This document shows positions 54,108-63,686 of a stretch of 64,000 nucleotides of DNA, piece by piece. Source of the stretch: Methanobacteriota archaeon (GTDB lineage: Archaea > Undinarchaeota > Undinarchaeia > Undinarchaeales > Undinarchaeaceae); contig NZBN01000007.1 of NCBI GenBank assembly GCA_002687935.1, positions 37,030-101,029 on the forward strand, written 5' to 3'. Made by a program: the position numbers and the translations under genes. The notes beneath the pieces were generated by a model, which saw only the letters and a program-made list of their open reading frames with translations, was not told the origin of the DNA and searched no databases. Numbering within the stretch: position 1 is the first letter of the stretch; each line of letters opens with the position of its first letter.

Positions 54108-56153
54108 GTGGGAGATATGCAGGATTCTATTGACAAATTTGAGCAGTTTTTCAAGACGAAGAAATACTACGGAAGACTTCTCGAAATAGCTAAGGAATAT
54201 CCGGACAAGAGGTCTGTTTTAGTAGACTTTGCTGATATTGACAAATCCTTTCCGAACTTGGCTGATGACCTACTTCTTCATCCAGAAGAAGCGCTTCGCC
54301 AAGCGCAGGATGCAATATCTGAAATAGATCTTCCAATCGATGTTGAAAATCTGTCCATCAATGTCCGTCTGCATAATCTTCCAAAAGCACACACCATTGT
54401 TATCAGGGACGTTCGTTCAGACCATCTTGATAGATTAATTTCTGTTGAGGGTATAGTTAAAAATGCGGCTGAAGTCAGACCAAAGGCTTTGAAAGTCACT
54501 TTTGAATGCCCTGAGTGTAAGACTAATATGGTTTTGCCACAGTTTACAAAAAACATGGTTTCTCCTAGTCAGTGTGATAATTTCGAGTGCGCACGCCGTG
54601 GAAGATTCAAAATTATCAATGAAACATTGATCGACTCTCAGATACTCAAAGTTCAGGAAGCCCCTGAGTCAATTTTTGGAGGAGAACAGCCTTCTGAATT
54701 ATATGTTCACCTTTCTGATGACTTAGTTTCTCCTCCTGAAAGAAAGAAAGTAATGCCAGGAAACAGGGTTCAGCTCGTCGGCTCTCTGAAAAAAGTCCCA
54801 ATTCCTTCAAGGAGTGGAGCTCAGACTGTTAATTATGATTTCTATCTGGAGGTTAATCACGTTGACCCAACTGAACAAGAATTCCAGGAAATTGATTTGT
54901 CGGATGAAGATATTGAAAAAATAAAGAAATTCTCAAAAGATCCAAAAATCTATGAAAAACTTATTGCATCCATTGCACCATCTATTCGAGGAAATGAAGC
55001 AATTAAAGAAGCAATACTTCTCCAGCTCATGGGTGGTGTCAGAAAACAACATCCTGATGGAACCCTTGTCAGAGGAAATGTTCACATTTTCATTGTTGGA
55101 GACCCCGCTGTCGGGAAATCTCAGATACTTCGTTATGTTTCAGGACTGGCTCCAAAAGGTCGTTTCGTTTCAGGAAAAAAAGCATCTGGGGTCGGTCTTA
55201 CTGCAGCAGTTGTTCGTGACGATTTTGCAGGTGGTTGGACATTGGAAGCGGGGGCACTTATTCTTGCAAATAATGGAATTGTCTCTGTCGATGAGTTTGA
55301 CAAAATGAGTGATGACGACCGCTCGGCAATGCTGGAGGCTATGGAGCAAGGTACAATTTCTATAGCAAAGGCAGGTATTGTAACAACCCTGCGAGCTAAT
55401 ACCTCTGTTCTTGCTGCAGCAAACCCAAAATACGGACGTTTTGATGTGTATAAACCTCTATATGAGCAAATAGACCTGTCTCCCGTTATATTGAGCAGAT
55501 TTGATCTGAAGTTCACTTCAAGAGACTTGCCAGGCTCTGACAAGGATACTCTTCTTTCAGAACACGTTCTTACAGCCCTTATTTCTCCAAAGACAATTGA
55601 GCCTGAAATTTCTTCTGAATTCATTCAAAAATATGTTGCATATGCCAGAAATCTTGATCCGGAAATGACTGAAAAGGCAAAAGAGCTAATACAACACTTC
55701 TACGTTAGCTGGAGGGGTAAATATAGAGATGATGACGACAATGGCGGAGTAGTCCCTCTTACCCCAAGACAGCTTGAAGCTATGGTTCGTCTCTCTGAAG
55801 CCTCAGCCCGCATCAGACTGGCAAAGAAGGTGTCCCTAAATGACGCAAAGAGGGCTACAAAACTTATAGAGCAGTCCTTAAGGGATCTCGGTACTGACCC
55901 TGAAACAGGAAAAATTGATATAGACCGAATGGAAGCAGGAACTTCCTCAGTGCAGAGGAGCAGAATAAATACAATCCTCACTATAATAGATGAACTCTCA
56001 AAAGAGCAGGGTCCCAATATAAAAATAGATGATGTTTTGATAGAGGCAGCCAACCGTGGAATAGACAATCTCAAAGCAGTTGAACTTATAAGCAAATTAA
56101 AATCAAAGGGTGATTTGTTTGAGCCGCGCCAAGGTATCCTCAAAAAGCCCTGA
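54108..56153 (+). CDS. mcm: MCM replicative helicase
   Basis: CPEC Zn finger, VGDPAVGKSQ, VDEFDKM, AMEQ, LSRFDL, TPRQLE, C-terminal WH; no intein. Confidence 0.97.
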   Translation: MGDMQDSIDKFEQFFKTKKYYGRLLEIAKEYPDKRSVLVDFADIDKSFPNLADDLLLHPEEALRQAQDAISEIDLPIDVENLSINVRLHNLPKAHTIVIRDVRSDHLDRLISVEGIVKNAAEVRPKALKVTFECPECKTNMVLPQFTKNMVSPSQCDNFECARRGRFKIINETLIDSQILKVQEAPESIFGGEQPSELYVHLSDDLVSPPERKKVMPGNRVQLVGSLKKVPIPSRSGAQTVNYDFYLEVNHVDPTEQEFQEIDLSDEDIEKIKKFSKDPKIYEKLIASIAPSIRGNEAIKEAILLQLMGGVRKQHPDGTLVRGNVHIFIVGDPAVGKSQILRYVSGLAPKGRFVSGKKASGVGLTAAVVRDDFAGGWTLEAGALILANNGIVSVDEFDKMSDDDRSAMLEAMEQGTISIAKAGIVTTLRANTSVLAAANPKYGRFDVYKPLYEQIDLSPVILSRFDLKFTSRDLPGSDKDTLLSEHVLTALISPKTIEPEISSEFIQKYVAYARNLDPEMTEKAKELIQHFYVSWRGKYRDDDDNGGVVPLTPRQLEAMVRLSEASARIRLAKKVSLNDAKRATKLIEQSLRDLGTDPETGKIDIDRMEAGTSSVQRSRINTILTIIDELSKEQGPNIKIDDVLIEAANRGIDNLKAVELISKLKSKGDLFEPRQGILKKP

Positions 56154-56988
56154 TTTTAGACCAAGGCTTCTTTTGTCTGAGTTATCTCTTTTCTTTACTG
56201 TTCAGATTATCGGACTTTATGTTGCGATTAGGATTGCAGCAGTCGAGATAATCCCTGTTGTTGAAACAGGACCTGCTGTAAAAAGCTTTCTGATTCTGTT
56301 CACAATAGCTACTGCAGTTTTCCTGCTATTGATAAGATTCCTCAAGAAGCGTCTCGGATTTATGAAAATTCTTATGGCTTTCATAATATTCGTCGGAAGC
56401 GAAACAGTTTTCATCGTCTTTTTCTCTGAGTTTACAGCAATGCTTCTTGCAATTTCACTTGTTATAATAAGATTCACCTATCCTACAATTTTTGTCCAGA
56501 ATGCATCTCTAATTCTGGCACTTGCCGGCGTCGGAGCAAGCATTGGCCTCCTCTTCAATGTAAGTACGATTTTCATTATACTTGCTGTATTATCTGTGTA
56601 TGACATTATAGCAGTTTACAAGACAAAGCATATGCTGACATTATTTAAGGGCACAATCAAAGGAGGTGTTCCTTTGGCTCTCATAGCTTCTGAAAAGATT
56701 TCAGGCATGCGCTCTAATTTAAAGAAAGCTAATATAAACAAACCTGCTACAAAAAGGGAGTATACTTTCCTTGGAACAGGTGACGTGGCATTTCCTCTTA
56801 TACTTGCTGTATCTGCTCTTAGAACTGGCTTATTTGCTTCCCTTGCAGTCGTCGTCGGAGGACTGGTAGGAATATTAATAATTCACAGCCTTCTAATCTA
56901 TGGAAAAGGAAAGCCGATTCCGGCTCTGCCTCCTCTCGCTGCCTGCACCATGGGGGCATATCTCGTCGCGTCCTACCTACTAATCTAA
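56110..56988 (+). CDS. presenilin/signal-peptide-peptidase-like intramembrane aspartyl protease (PSH); start uncertain
   Basis: VYDIIAV, LGTGD and IPALP catalytic motifs; multi-TM. Confidence 0.88.
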   Translation: MICLSRAKVSSKSPDFRPRLLLSELSLFFTVQIIGLYVAIRIAAVEIIPVVETGPAVKSFLILFTIATAVFLLLIRFLKKRLGFMKILMAFIIFVGSETVFIVFFSEFTAMLLAISLVIIRFTYPTIFVQNASLILALAGVGASIGLLFNVSTIFIILAVLSVYDIIAVYKTKHMLTLFKGTIKGGVPLALIASEKISGMRSNLKKANINKPATKREYTFLGTGDVAFPLILAVSALRTGLFASLAVVVGGLVGILIIHSLLIYGKGKPIPALPPLAACTMGAYLVASYLLI

Positions 56989-56989
56989 A

Positions 56990-57607
56990 ATGACAGAAAA
57001 CTCTCAACTTGCATCGAAGAAAGTTCACGTAGAAAAAATAGTCACAGGAGAATACGTGGAGAGCGAAGGCTATGGAGTTCTCAGAGTTTCTGATGGTTCT
57101 AAAATATCAAGAGTTCGTATACTTGGCACAGTTGTTGATAGATATGTTTCAAATGATGGTGAATATTCAAGTATTACCCTTGATGACGCGACTGAGACAA
57201 TACGTGCAAAGGCTTTCAAAAAACGCGCTGACACTCTCGCGAAACTCGAAATTGGGGATATTGCTGATGTAACTGGGTCTGTCCGAGAATATGACGGAGA
57301 AATTTACATAAACTCTTTTGCAGTCCAAAAAATAAGTGATCCAAATTTCGAATTACTGAGGAAGGTTGAACTTTCACAGCAAGTTGAATTACAGTCTTCA
57401 GAAGACAAGCCAGAAAAACTACACGAAGATGTAGAGGCTCTTATTTTAAAGACAATTAGTGAAGTCGGTAGTGATGGAGCTTCCTTGGATGATTTGACAA
57501 GTGTTTTAAATGACTTAGATTACAATGATATACTCGAGGCAGTAAAGTCCCTTCTTCATAAAGGGGACTTATACGAGCCAAAACGAGGTGTATTCAAACA
57601 AGTATGA
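56990..57607 (+). CDS. RPA2-like OB-fold ssDNA-binding protein with C-terminal winged helix
   Basis: RVRILGTVV, ITLDDATETIRAKAF, G.VREYDGEIYI, GDLYEPKRG. Confidence 0.82.
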   Translation: MTENSQLASKKVHVEKIVTGEYVESEGYGVLRVSDGSKISRVRILGTVVDRYVSNDGEYSSITLDDATETIRAKAFKKRADTLAKLEIGDIADVTGSVREYDGEIYINSFAVQKISDPNFELLRKVELSQQVELQSSEDKPEKLHEDVEALILKTISEVGSDGASLDDLTSVLNDLDYNDILEAVKSLLHKGDLYEPKRGVFKQV

Positions 57608-58011
57608 AATCCTATGAAGAACTTCTGAAAAAAGCTAAAGAACAGCTTCCAGAAGTAAGCAGTGAAAAGGCAAGATTTGAAATTCCAGTTTTCGAATCAT
57701 TTATTCAGGGTGCTGAAACAATAATCTCTAATTTCCTTGAAGTAGCTAACAAGCTCGAGCGTGACCCTGCACACCTACAAAAATTTATTCTTTCTGAAGC
57801 AGGAACTTCCGGAACTCTTTCTGGTCAAAGATTGACTTTCAAGGGAAATAAAACTCCTAAATTCTTGAACTCAAAACTCACTGATTATTACAAAGCCTTC
57901 GTTTCCTGCAAACAATGCAATCTTCCAGATACAATCCTCAATGAAGGGGATGATTCTGCAGAACTCAAGTGTAAAGCCTGTGGAACTAAGTATATGGTAA
58001 AAGTTCTATGA
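57604..58011 (+). CDS. eif2b: translation initiation factor aIF-2 beta
   Basis: YEELL, RFEIP, TIISNF, C..C..PDT, C.ACG. Confidence 0.93.
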   Translation: MKSYEELLKKAKEQLPEVSSEKARFEIPVFESFIQGAETIISNFLEVANKLERDPAHLQKFILSEAGTSGTLSGQRLTFKGNKTPKFLNSKLTDYYKAFVSCKQCNLPDTILNEGDDSAELKCKACGTKYMVKVL

Positions 58012-58301
58012 TTTGTGCAAGAATAATTTCCTCAGATGCTGGCTCAATTCTCGCAGCCTGCGACAAAGAGCTCCTAGGAAAGACTTTTTCTGAAGGAGAT
58101 ATTTCCCTAACTGTTGATGAAAATTTTTATGGAAATGAAGAAGTTGATGCTGAAACTTTCAAAGAAATGCTAAAATCTTCAGGAATAGCAAATCTAGTTG
58201 GTGAAAATTGTGTTTCTATCGCAATTGAGCTCGGATTGGTTACAGAAAAGACCGTTCTTAAAATTGAAGGTATTCCACATGCGCAGATTCTCAACCTTTA
58301 A
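58008..58301 (+). CDS. DUF424 family protein
   Basis: [33 protein letters not shown]. Confidence 0.88.
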   Translation: MICARIISSDAGSILAACDKELLGKTFSEGDISLTVDENFYGNEEVDAETFKEMLKSSGIANLVGENCVSIAIELGLVTEKTVLKIEGIPHAQILNL

Positions 58302-58543
58302 TAAAGCATAGTTTCCAAGTCAGTTTCACTTATATCAACAGTTATTGCGTCCTGTCCCTGTGCCCTTCGTATAACTGTCATAGGAACTGTTCGTTCTTTA
58401 AATTCCTTAACAGCTATTTCTGTCGGGTCAGTCTCAAGTTTTCCAAGCTTAACTAGAACTGGAGCACCCATAGATATCTGGAGAGATCTGGCTCCAATTA
58501 TCCTTGCTCTTTCAAATCGTGTAAGTCTGTTTTCGTTATACAT
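58298..58543 (-). CDS. rpoK: RNA polymerase subunit Rpo6 (K)
   Basis: [22 protein letters not shown]. Confidence 0.95.
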   Translation of the reverse strand: MYNENRLTRFERARIIGARSLQISMGAPVLVKLGKLETDPTEIAVKEFKERTVPMTVIRRAQGQDAITVDISETDLETMLY

Positions 58544-58632
58544 CGTGAGCTTTTATTATCCCCTCAGTAATATATAAAGCTTGACACTGTTCCCAAAACC
58601 TTAAAAACAAGACCCCTTACATAAGGTGTTAT

Positions 58633-59118
58633 ATGTCTTATCACAAGAAAAAGAAAAAACACGGAAGCTTCGACCCAAATGCCCCTGTCCGTGTAAGAAT
58701 GCCCCGGACTGACAAGAGAGAGGTACTTGGAATAATTATTGAGCATTATGGCACAAAACTTCTTGTTGAGTGTATGGATGGCTATACGCGTCTTTGCAGA
58801 GTTCCTGGGAAAATAAGATATAAACTCAGAGTAAAACCAGGGGATGTTATACTTGTTCAGAAGTGGCCAATCCAGGAAAATGAGAAAGGAGATTATCTTT
58901 ACAAATACAGACCAAATCAGATAAACATACTCAGGAGAAAAGGTCTTTTAACTACTGAGTCTGAGGAAAAAGAAAAGTCAGAATCTTCAACACCTACATC
59001 TGAAGCACCTGAAAAAGAAACTGAAACTAGTTCTGAAGACGCTCTAAAAGAGGAAGAAAGCAGTTCAGAGAAAAGTGAAAAAAGCGAAACAGACGAGGGA
59101 AATTCGGCTGACGCATAG
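58633..59118 (+). CDS. eif1a: translation initiation factor aIF-1A with acidic C-terminal extension
   Basis: RVRMP, C.DG.TRLCRVPGK, GDV.LV..W, KGD..YKY. Confidence 0.92.
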   Translation: MSYHKKKKKHGSFDPNAPVRVRMPRTDKREVLGIIIEHYGTKLLVECMDGYTRLCRVPGKIRYKLRVKPGDVILVQKWPIQENEKGDYLYKYRPNQINILRRKGLLTTESEEKEKSESSTPTSEAPEKETETSSEDALKEEESSSEKSEKSETDEGNSADA

Positions 59119-59186
59119 CGATTAGACATAATTAACTTTATATAGTTTCATCCCCAATATATTGTGTTGAATTTTGTTTCATTCAA

Positions 59187-59732
59187 ATGGCTGAATACGT
59201 AAAAATTCCAAAAGAGCGCCTGAAACTTCTTCTCGAGGAGGATGGTAAGCTCATTAAATATATTGAATCTCAATCTGATACGAAAATTCGTATAGATAAA
59301 CTTGAACAGGAGATTTCCATAGAGTCTTCTGGAAAATCTGATGAAATTCTTGATTTATGGCGGGCTCGGGATACAATAAAGGCCATAGGAAGGGGCGCAG
59401 AACCCGAAGCTGCAATCGATATATTGGAATCTGATGCAGAGTTACAGATTGTTGATCTCAGTGAATTCGTTGGAAAAAAACATAATGCATTAGTCAGGAT
59501 AAAAGGAAGAGTTATCGGAACAAAAGGAAAGGCAAAGAATATAATAGAGAACCTCACAAATACACAAATCTTCGTTTACGGAAAAACTGTTACGATAATT
59601 GGCGAACATGATATGGCTGTCATCGCAAAGGGTGCGGTGGAGCTTCTTGCCAGAGGTACTATGCACAGCACTGCAATCCATCATATAGAAACCGAGTTGA
59701 GCAAACTAGGAGTGAAATATAAAGATGCCTGA
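59187..59732 (+). CDS. KH-domain pre-rRNA processing protein (Dim2/Pno1-like)
   Basis: KAIGRG, RIKGRVIG..GK, IENLT, VYGKTV.IIG. Confidence 0.9.
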   Translation: MAEYVKIPKERLKLLLEEDGKLIKYIESQSDTKIRIDKLEQEISIESSGKSDEILDLWRARDTIKAIGRGAEPEAAIDILESDAELQIVDLSEFVGKKHNALVRIKGRVIGTKGKAKNIIENLTNTQIFVYGKTVTIIGEHDMAVIAKGAVELLARGTMHSTAIHHIETELSKLGVKYKDA

Positions 59733-61380
59733 ACAAATATCTGGTGAAAAACTGTTTGAAGAATTCAAGACCGTCCAGCTCAGCGAATTCTTCAGAAAAA
59801 ACAGGCAATATCTTGGTTATGTCGGGAAAATAAAGTCCTTGACTACGGTTATACATGAGCTTCTGTCAAACTCTCTTGACGCCTGCGAGGAGTCTAAAAT
59901 AGTCCCTTCAATAAAAATTACAATCACAGAAATGGGAACGGAGCATTACAAAGTCCGTGTCGAGGATAATGGTCCGGGAATTCCTGAAAAACACCTTGAA
60001 AAAGTATTTGGACAGCTTCTCACAGGAACCAAATTCCACAGAAATATCCAACTAAGAGGTCAGCAGGGTCTTGGTGTTTCAGGTTGTGTTCTTTTCTCTC
60101 AGATGACTTCTGGAAAACCAACTTATGTAAAATCAGGTACTGGGAAGGGTAAAGTTGTTGAAGCCATGGTCGAACTTGACATAAAAACAAACTCTCCAAA
60201 ACTCATCGATAAGACTGTTGAAAACAGTACAATGCGCGGAACTGTCGTTGAATCAGAATTCAAAGGAGTTCAGTACACTAAAGGAATGCGCGGACCTTTT
60301 GAATATGTCCGCTGGACTGCCGCCGCAAATCCCCATGCTGAGATTATGTTCAAGGATCCGGAAGGAAATGAGATGCTCTTCGAACGTGTCATTGACAAAG
60401 TTCCAAAAGTTCCAAAAGAAATTAAGCCACATCCCTCAGGTTTAGAAGCCCACGATATCTTAGATATGGCTCTCAAGTCAAAATCACGAGCAATTTCCTC
60501 ATTTCTTACAACTGACCTTGCAAGGGTAAGTTCTGAGAAAGTCAGAGAAATTCAGTCTCGTGTTGATTTTGACCTGGCAAAAAGTCCGAAGCGTCTTGAA
60601 TGGCCAGAAGCTGAGCAAATAGTCAAATCCTTTAAGAAAATAAAGTTCATGGCACCCCCTACTGATGGTCTTATACCAATTGGAAAAGACCAGATAGAGA
60701 AGGCTCTGAATAACTTACTTTCTCCTGACTTTATAGAGGTCATTTCAAGGAAGCCAACAACATACAAGGGGGGTATTCCTTTCATAGTTGAGATAGCAAT
60801 AGCCTATGGAGGAAATTCCGGCAGAGCCACTTCATCTAAGGAAGTTCATGAAAGAAAGGTTGAAATAATGCGATTTGCCAACCGTTCCCCACTTCTTTTC
60901 GATGCTGGAGGATGCGCTCTTACAAAAGCTGTCAACTCTATAGAATGGAGGCGCTACAAACTGAAGGATATGGAAAATTCCCCTGTATCTCTTTTCATTA
61001 ATCTCATTTCGACTCATGTCCCTTACACCTCTGCAGGAAAACAGGCTGTCGCCGGCGAGGAAGAAATACTCAATGAGATAAGGATGGCGCTAATGCGTGC
61101 TTCTCGCTCTCTTCAGCGTTTCCTTTCAGGAAGAAGAAAGGCAGCTGAAATCGCAGAGAGAAAGAAGATGTATGAAAGATACATTCCAGAAACTGCCAAG
61201 GCTCTTGCAAAATTAACTGGAGGCAAGGAAGACGAGCTGGAGAAGAAGTTAAAGATATTAGTTCTTGAACGCTTCGGTGACGATGAACCGGATGAAAATG
61301 ATGAGGCAGAAGAGGATTTAGAGGAAGAGGGAGCGGCATACGACGAGATTCCTGAAGATGTATCTGAGGAGGGTGAATAA
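59725..61380 (+). CDS. top6B: DNA topoisomerase VI subunit B
   Basis: HELLSNSLDACEE, VEDNGPG, RGQQGLG, MRFANRSPLLFD, YTSAGKQAV. Confidence 0.97.
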   Translation: MPEQISGEKLFEEFKTVQLSEFFRKNRQYLGYVGKIKSLTTVIHELLSNSLDACEESKIVPSIKITITEMGTEHYKVRVEDNGPGIPEKHLEKVFGQLLTGTKFHRNIQLRGQQGLGVSGCVLFSQMTSGKPTYVKSGTGKGKVVEAMVELDIKTNSPKLIDKTVENSTMRGTVVESEFKGVQYTKGMRGPFEYVRWTAAANPHAEIMFKDPEGNEMLFERVIDKVPKVPKEIKPHPSGLEAHDILDMALKSKSRAISSFLTTDLARVSSEKVREIQSRVDFDLAKSPKRLEWPEAEQIVKSFKKIKFMAPPTDGLIPIGKDQIEKALNNLLSPDFIEVISRKPTTYKGGIPFIVEIAIAYGGNSGRATSSKEVHERKVEIMRFANRSPLLFDAGGCALTKAVNSIEWRRYKLKDMENSPVSLFINLISTHVPYTSAGKQAVAGEEEILNEIRMALMRASRSLQRFLSGRRKAAEIAERKKMYERYIPETAKALAKLTGGKEDELEKKLKILVLERFGDDEPDENDEAEEDLEEEGAAYDEIPEDVSEEGE

Positions 61381-61382
61381 TT

Positions 61383-62501
61383 ATGGCAGCAAAAAATAAG
61401 GACAAAAAATTTGATGAGAAAATTAAGAAAGAGTCCTTGGACTCAATAAGCGGTTTCGGCAAGAAAATTGTTGCCGCTGTGGAGAACAAAAATCCCCCTG
61501 TCTTTGAGATACCACTTCGTTCAAAGACAAACATAAGTTTTGATGAAAAACAGAAAATCCTTGTTCTCGGAGACAAGAAATCAAGCAGGCGTTTCCTTAA
61601 TGTTGCTCACGCAAGAAAGTTCATGCAGTCAGCTTTGATAGCTTCTGCTTGCAAGGAATACATTGAACACGACAGAACAGTCGGAAAACGTGAGTTGTAT
61701 TACAACTTGAAACATTCTCTTCCAAACTCTAAAGAGAATACGTTTGAAGACGATATAGAGTCCGGAACAGTTCTCAATGACCTTGAAGCATCAATGGGAG
61801 TTCTTAGAGAACGTCTCCACATAGAGGCAAAAGCCCGCGGTTCTATCTATGGAGATATCACTCTTAGTCAGGCAGGGGATACATTCGACTGCAGTAAACT
61901 TGGAAGAGGCGGATGGGCAATTCCTGGGTATACAGAAGACGTTGATATTGTAAACTATAAAGCGGACTTCATTCTTGCAATAGAGAATGACGCAATGATG
62001 TCCCGTCTTATACAGGAAAAAGTCTATAAGAATTTGAATTGTCTCCTCATCACTGGTGAAGGTATGTTTCCGCGCGGTGTAAGGCGCTTCATCAAGCTTC
62101 TTAACGAGAAACTAAAACTTCCTGTCATATCATTCGTTGACGGAGATCCTTACGGATTTTACATATATTCCGTTCTGAAATACGGTTCCATCGAACTTGC
62201 GCATCTTTCAGAAAGGTATGCAGTTCCAAATACTCGCTATGTTGGTATGACAATGGATGACATAGAAACTTATGAGCTTCAGAATGTTACGGAACAGCTC
62301 AAGGAAGTTGACAAGAAGCGAATAAAAGAGGAGCTAGGTTATATGTGGTTCAAGAACAATCCGGCTTGGGTAAGGCAGCTCAATAAGATGCTTGAGATGG
62401 GTGTCAGAATAGAACAGCAGGCTCTCGCAAACAAGAGTCTGGACTTCGTCGCAAAGAAGTATCTTCCTGAGAAAATAAATGAAGAAAAATTCCTGGACTG
62501 A
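61383..62501 (+). CDS. top6A: DNA topoisomerase VI subunit A
   Basis: RELYY (catalytic Tyr), AIENDA, DGDPYG, EQQAL. Confidence 0.97.
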   Translation: MAAKNKDKKFDEKIKKESLDSISGFGKKIVAAVENKNPPVFEIPLRSKTNISFDEKQKILVLGDKKSSRRFLNVAHARKFMQSALIASACKEYIEHDRTVGKRELYYNLKHSLPNSKENTFEDDIESGTVLNDLEASMGVLRERLHIEAKARGSIYGDITLSQAGDTFDCSKLGRGGWAIPGYTEDVDIVNYKADFILAIENDAMMSRLIQEKVYKNLNCLLITGEGMFPRGVRRFIKLLNEKLKLPVISFVDGDPYGFYIYSVLKYGSIELAHLSERYAVPNTRYVGMTMDDIETYELQNVTEQLKEVDKKRIKEELGYMWFKNNPAWVRQLNKMLEMGVRIEQQALANKSLDFVAKKYLPEKINEEKFLD

Positions 62502-62637
62502 TTATAGCAAAAAAGAATGAGTTATTTGGGTTTAAGTAAAGTATTTTAAGCTGTTAATTTATGAATTCATTCTATTATCTTAAATAATGCCTCTGCCTAT
62601 CTGACGATGGGCTAAATAGGCATATCATAGATAAAGT

Positions 62638-62709
62638 GCCCCTGTAGCTCAGCGGTAGAGCGTGTGGCTGTTAACCACAAGGTCGCAGGTTCGAATCCTG
62701 CCGGGGGCG
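62638..62709 (+). tRNA. tRNA-Asn(GTT)
   Basis: GCCCCTG/CGGGGGC acceptor stem, anticodon arm TGTGG-CTGTTAA-CCACA, T-loop TTCGAAT. Confidence 0.95.
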
Positions 62710-62821
62710 CTCGTTTTATTAAATATAAACTCCGTTAACAACTTATCAAATAAAAAAAATATTCGCCCCGTAAAAGTTGTTTAGACTTTAACAGGGCGTA
62801 TTTTAACTAAAATTAGTAAAC

Positions 62822-62965
62822 TTAGTAGTTCCTTCGCTTTGAGAAGCAATCCCTGCAATATACAGGCCTATCTTCTGCCGGCTTGAATGGAACTTCACAT
62901 TCGTTCTTGCACTCAGCGCATGTTGCCTTATGCATTTCTCTCTGTGGTCTTTCAAATTCTGCCAT
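62822..62965 (-). CDS. CxxC-x17-CxxC small Zn-ribbon protein (47 aa)
   Basis: MAEFERPQREMHKATCAECKNECEVPFKPAEDRPVYCRDCFSKRRNY*; SD AGGAGG. Below the ORF-track cutoff. Confidence 0.88.
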   Translation of the reverse strand: MAEFERPQREMHKATCAECKNECEVPFKPAEDRPVYCRDCFSKRRNY

Positions 62966-63101
62966 GATATCTATCCTCCTATATGACTTATAGCTACTTT
63001 ATCTGCAGTTTGGGGTTTATTAAGCTTTGTATGCGCCTTCATTTTGATATTGAAAGGAATCAAAGGTCTCAAAACCCCTCCAACTTAATTTAGAGCTACA
63101 C

Positions 63102-63386
63102 TTATTGTTCAAAATCCATCTCTCGTTTTCCAAGTCTTTTTGCAGCCAAATTGTATAGAATTGCACCAACAAGCCCTGTAACAAAACCAAAGACTGCAAA
63201 ATATAATGGCATGACTGGAATTGCAATATAGGCAAGTATCGTTCCTTTGTTCAGACCAATTGTCTGCAAGTCATAAAAAGTCCCACCCACAGAATATATC
63301 AGGCCTGCAATTATTCCAGCAAATGCCATTACAATGGCCTGGAATTTTGCATAGGAAAACACTTTGATTTTTTTAACTTTTGCCAT
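63102..63386 (-). CDS. small membrane protein (DUF3566-like)
   Basis: KKI.V.S.AK, two TM helices, LYNL.AK..G ending. Confidence 0.6.
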   Translation of the reverse strand: MAKVKKIKVFSYAKFQAIVMAFAGIIAGLIYSVGGTFYDLQTIGLNKGTILAYIAIPVMPLYFAVFGFVTGLVGAILYNLAAKRLGKREMDFEQ

Positions 63387-63439
63387 AGTAACTCATCATA
63401 AATTAAAATAATAAATATTTTTAAAATTTCATACAGAAT

Positions 63440-63655
63440 TTATGTTATTGACTTTATTGTGTTCTGAGTCAGCCAGAGAATGAAAAAACCACTTACTAAT
63501 GTCGTTAAGTGGCTTAGAAGATACTTCTCTGGAAATATGTAATTGTCCATCAGTCCCCAAAGACCTCTCCAGACGCCTATTATTGCGACAACTATGAGGC
63601 TCCCGAAAAGAACTCTGTGGTGCCTCTGGAGTTTCCAGAACTTTCTGTGAACCAT
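63440..63655 (-). CDS. small hypothetical membrane protein
   Basis: 71 aa, VWRGLWGLMD motif, two TM helices. Confidence 0.6.
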   Translation of the reverse strand: MVHRKFWKLQRHHRVLFGSLIVVAIIGVWRGLWGLMDNYIFPEKYLLSHLTTLVSGFFILWLTQNTIKSIT

Positions 63656-63686
63656 AATTTCCTTTAATAAATAAGCCTATAAATAA

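Noticed and set aside
46542-62501. Inteins in rfcS, mcm or top6
   Set aside because: Protein lengths are canonical and motifs are contiguous
62594-62622. Inverted repeat TGCCTAT-N15-ATAGGCA containing CTGA, as a C/D sRNA or riboswitch
   Set aside because: No proper C or C' box, no recognisable rRNA complement and no riboswitch consensus; it may simply overlap the tRNA-Asn promoter
498-63235. Numerous 60-205 aa ORFs antisense or out of frame to long genes (e.g. 7573-8190, 13115-13660, 24484-25005, 37686-38222, 55133-55624, 61070-61576)
   Set aside because: They lie wholly or almost wholly within confidently identified genes and show no motifs; treated as shadow ORFs
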